From Candidatus Woesearchaeota archaeon (GTDB taxonomy: Archaea; Nanobdellota; Nanobdellia; Woesearchaeales; GW2011-AR4), in assembly GCA_018303655.1 (NCBI GenBank), contig JAGVXT010000023.1, forward strand, positions 30,394 through 94,393: a stretch of 64,000 bases of DNA, written 5' to 3'. The notes beneath the pieces were generated by a model. It worked only from the letters and a program-made list of their open reading frames with translations, was not told the origin of the DNA and did no database searches. This document shows, one piece after another, positions 62,860 through 64,000 of this stretch. Every line of letters starts with the position of its first letter. Position 1 is the stretch's first letter. Position numbers and translations under genes: made by a program.

Positions 62860-63565
62860 CTTTTTTTGCTTCTTTTTTTCTTTTTCTTTTCGGTCTGGTT
62901 TTTTTTGCTTCTTCTTTTGGCGTTTCTTCCTTTGCTTTTTCTTTTATTTCCTCAACGATTAATTCTTTTTGCTCAACTAACTGTATGTCGTCCGGCAGTT
63001 TGATGTCAGGAGGCATTATGCTCACTTTGATGCCTATTATGCCTGTTTTTAATTTGGCCTGTGCATTGGCTTTTCTGACACCCATTATCGCTATGTCGCC
63101 GCATTTTTTTAAGTATCCTGAGTAAAAACGCCATGACTTGGCTCTTGCGCTTGGCACTTTACCGCTTACAACAATCTCTATGCCAAGGGCCCCTGACCTC
63201 ATTACTTCAGTCATTATCTTGTGGCCAACGGCCTTGAATTTTTCAGATCCGAATCTCTCCAATGCATCAACAATCTTCTCTGCCACTATGTTTGCATCCA
63301 GACTTGGATTTTCCACTTCACTTATTTCTATCTGCGGATTTTCCAGGCTAAACCTCTTTTTCAGGGTCTTTGTGAGCTGCTTTATGTTTTGCCCTTTCCT
63401 TCCGACAATTAAGCCTGGTCGTGATGCAAAGATTATTATTTTTTCTCCTAATGGGGTTTTAACCATTTTTGTGTGGCTGTGACCAACATTCTCCAAGTTC
63501 TGTGTTATATACTCCTGTATCTGGAATTCTTTCATTTTTTGCGCGACAAATTTTCTCTCAATCAT
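62828..63565 (-). CDS. rps3: ribosomal protein uS3
   Basis: KH domain (IIIFASRPGLIVGRKGQNIKQL) and the uS3 C-domain, plus a Lys/Glu tail. Confidence 0.9.
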   Translation of the reverse strand: MIERKFVAQKMKEFQIQEYITQNLENVGHSHTKMVKTPLGEKIIIFASRPGLIVGRKGQNIKQLTKTLKKRFSLENPQIEISEVENPSLDANIVAEKIVDALERFGSEKFKAVGHKIMTEVMRSGALGIEIVVSGKVPSARAKSWRFYSGYLKKCGDIAIMGVRKANAQAKLKTGIIGIKVSIMPPDIKLPDDIQLVEQKELIVEEIKEKAKEETPKEEAKKTRPKRKRKKEAKKDESEGTKADE

Positions 63566-64000
63566 CTTTTCCCTGCTTTTTCTTTTTTCACTTTTTCCAT
63601 TGCCTTTGTTTTTGCCTTTTTATTAAATTCGTCTTTATTTGCCGTTTCCTCAACAATAATCTCGACATTTGTCCTTTTCATTCTTCTTCTGGATTTTCTT
63701 CCGAAATGCCATGTCTTTCCAGCTTTATGCGCGCTTACATGCACTATGGTTAAGTTTGATGTGTTCAAGCCTCTGAATTGCGCATTTGCCTCGACATTCT
63801 CAATCAGTTTGATGAATTCTTTGGATGCTTTTTCAGGATACCTTGCAGGCCCTATCTTCTTTTTGTGCCCCAAATCCCAGTTATATCTTTTGAAGGGGAT
63901 CGCTGACTTTTTTTTCACAACATTCTGCAGCATTTTTTTTGCATCATTAACATTTTTATTCCCTATAAACCTGCATATCTCAACGCTCTGTTTGAATGAA
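63562..64000 (-). CDS. rpl22: ribosomal protein uL22 (5-prime end runs off the window)
   Basis: The frame stays open upstream of the track ATG: 63934-64000 reads SFKQSVEICRFIGNKNVNDAKK, which is typical uL22 N-terminal sequence. The gene is therefore truncated by the window edge. Confidence 0.85.
   Translation of the reverse strand, partial: SFKQSVEICRFIGNKNVNDAKKMLQNVVKKKSAIPFKRYNWDLGHKKKIGPARYPEKASKEFIKLIENVEANAQFRGLNTSNLTIVHVSAHKAGKTWHFGRKSRRRMKRTNVEIIVEETANKDEFNKKAKTKAMEKVKKEKAGKR

Noticed and set aside
153-63753. The many 60-200 aa track ORFs antisense to, or out of frame with, the long genes (for example 432-854, 3455-3943, 15829-16431, 30824-31267, 45969-46460, 61476-62081)
   Set aside because: Each is nested inside a gene with strong family signatures on the other strand or frame. 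Their translations are Ser/Leu/Phe-rich low complexity, typical of antisense reading of AT-rich coding DNA.

Overview
AT-rich, tightly packed archaeal chromosome segment. The gene content is unmistakably archaeal: Hef, Hjc, EndA, FEN1, RFC small subunit, PAN, Pelota, aSUI1, and a large S10/spc-type ribosomal protein cluster with eL14, eL34, eS4, eL32, eL19 and SecY. It also looks like a reduced, DPANN-like genome. The primase is a fused PriS-PriL. The slots normally holding adk, cmk and rnp1 are empty. Many proteins carry charged low-complexity tails. This placement is inferred from gene content only. No rRNA gene, tRNA gene or CRISPR array was seen.

Three things stand out from the housekeeping background:
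1. A five-gene minus-strand cluster at 30250-38369. It encodes three paralogous lipobox-type secreted proteins of no family I recognise. It also encodes a 1202-aa protein (Arg/Glu coiled-coil, about 12 TM helices, a divergent copy of the same paralog domain with a Cys-rich insert, a lytic-transglycosylase (SLT) domain, then an FN3 domain) and a 390-aa anchored protein built of three internal repeats. I read this as a candidate undescribed envelope or host-interface apparatus.
2. A bacterial-style acyl-lipid module at 19713-23720. It combines a tri-domain protein (acyl-AMP ligase, carrier protein, PlsC-type acyltransferase) with AcpS and an MFS transporter. It resembles an Aas/LplT-like lysolipid re-acylation and scavenging system placed in an archaeon.
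3. A dispersed family of sense-oriented arrays of short hairpins with 3-nt loops (core TCGAAAATC-nnn-GATTTTCGA). They lie in co-directional intergenic spacers. One array of about 230 nt with about 9 hairpins sits between the two halves of the split transketolase.

Smaller items:
- a free-standing LAGLIDADG gene in an AT-rich island
- a promoter module shared by that island and a solo Cas4-like nuclease
- a frameshifted TrmB-like gene
- an orphan histidine-kinase ATPase domain
- a GC-rich structured ncRNA candidate
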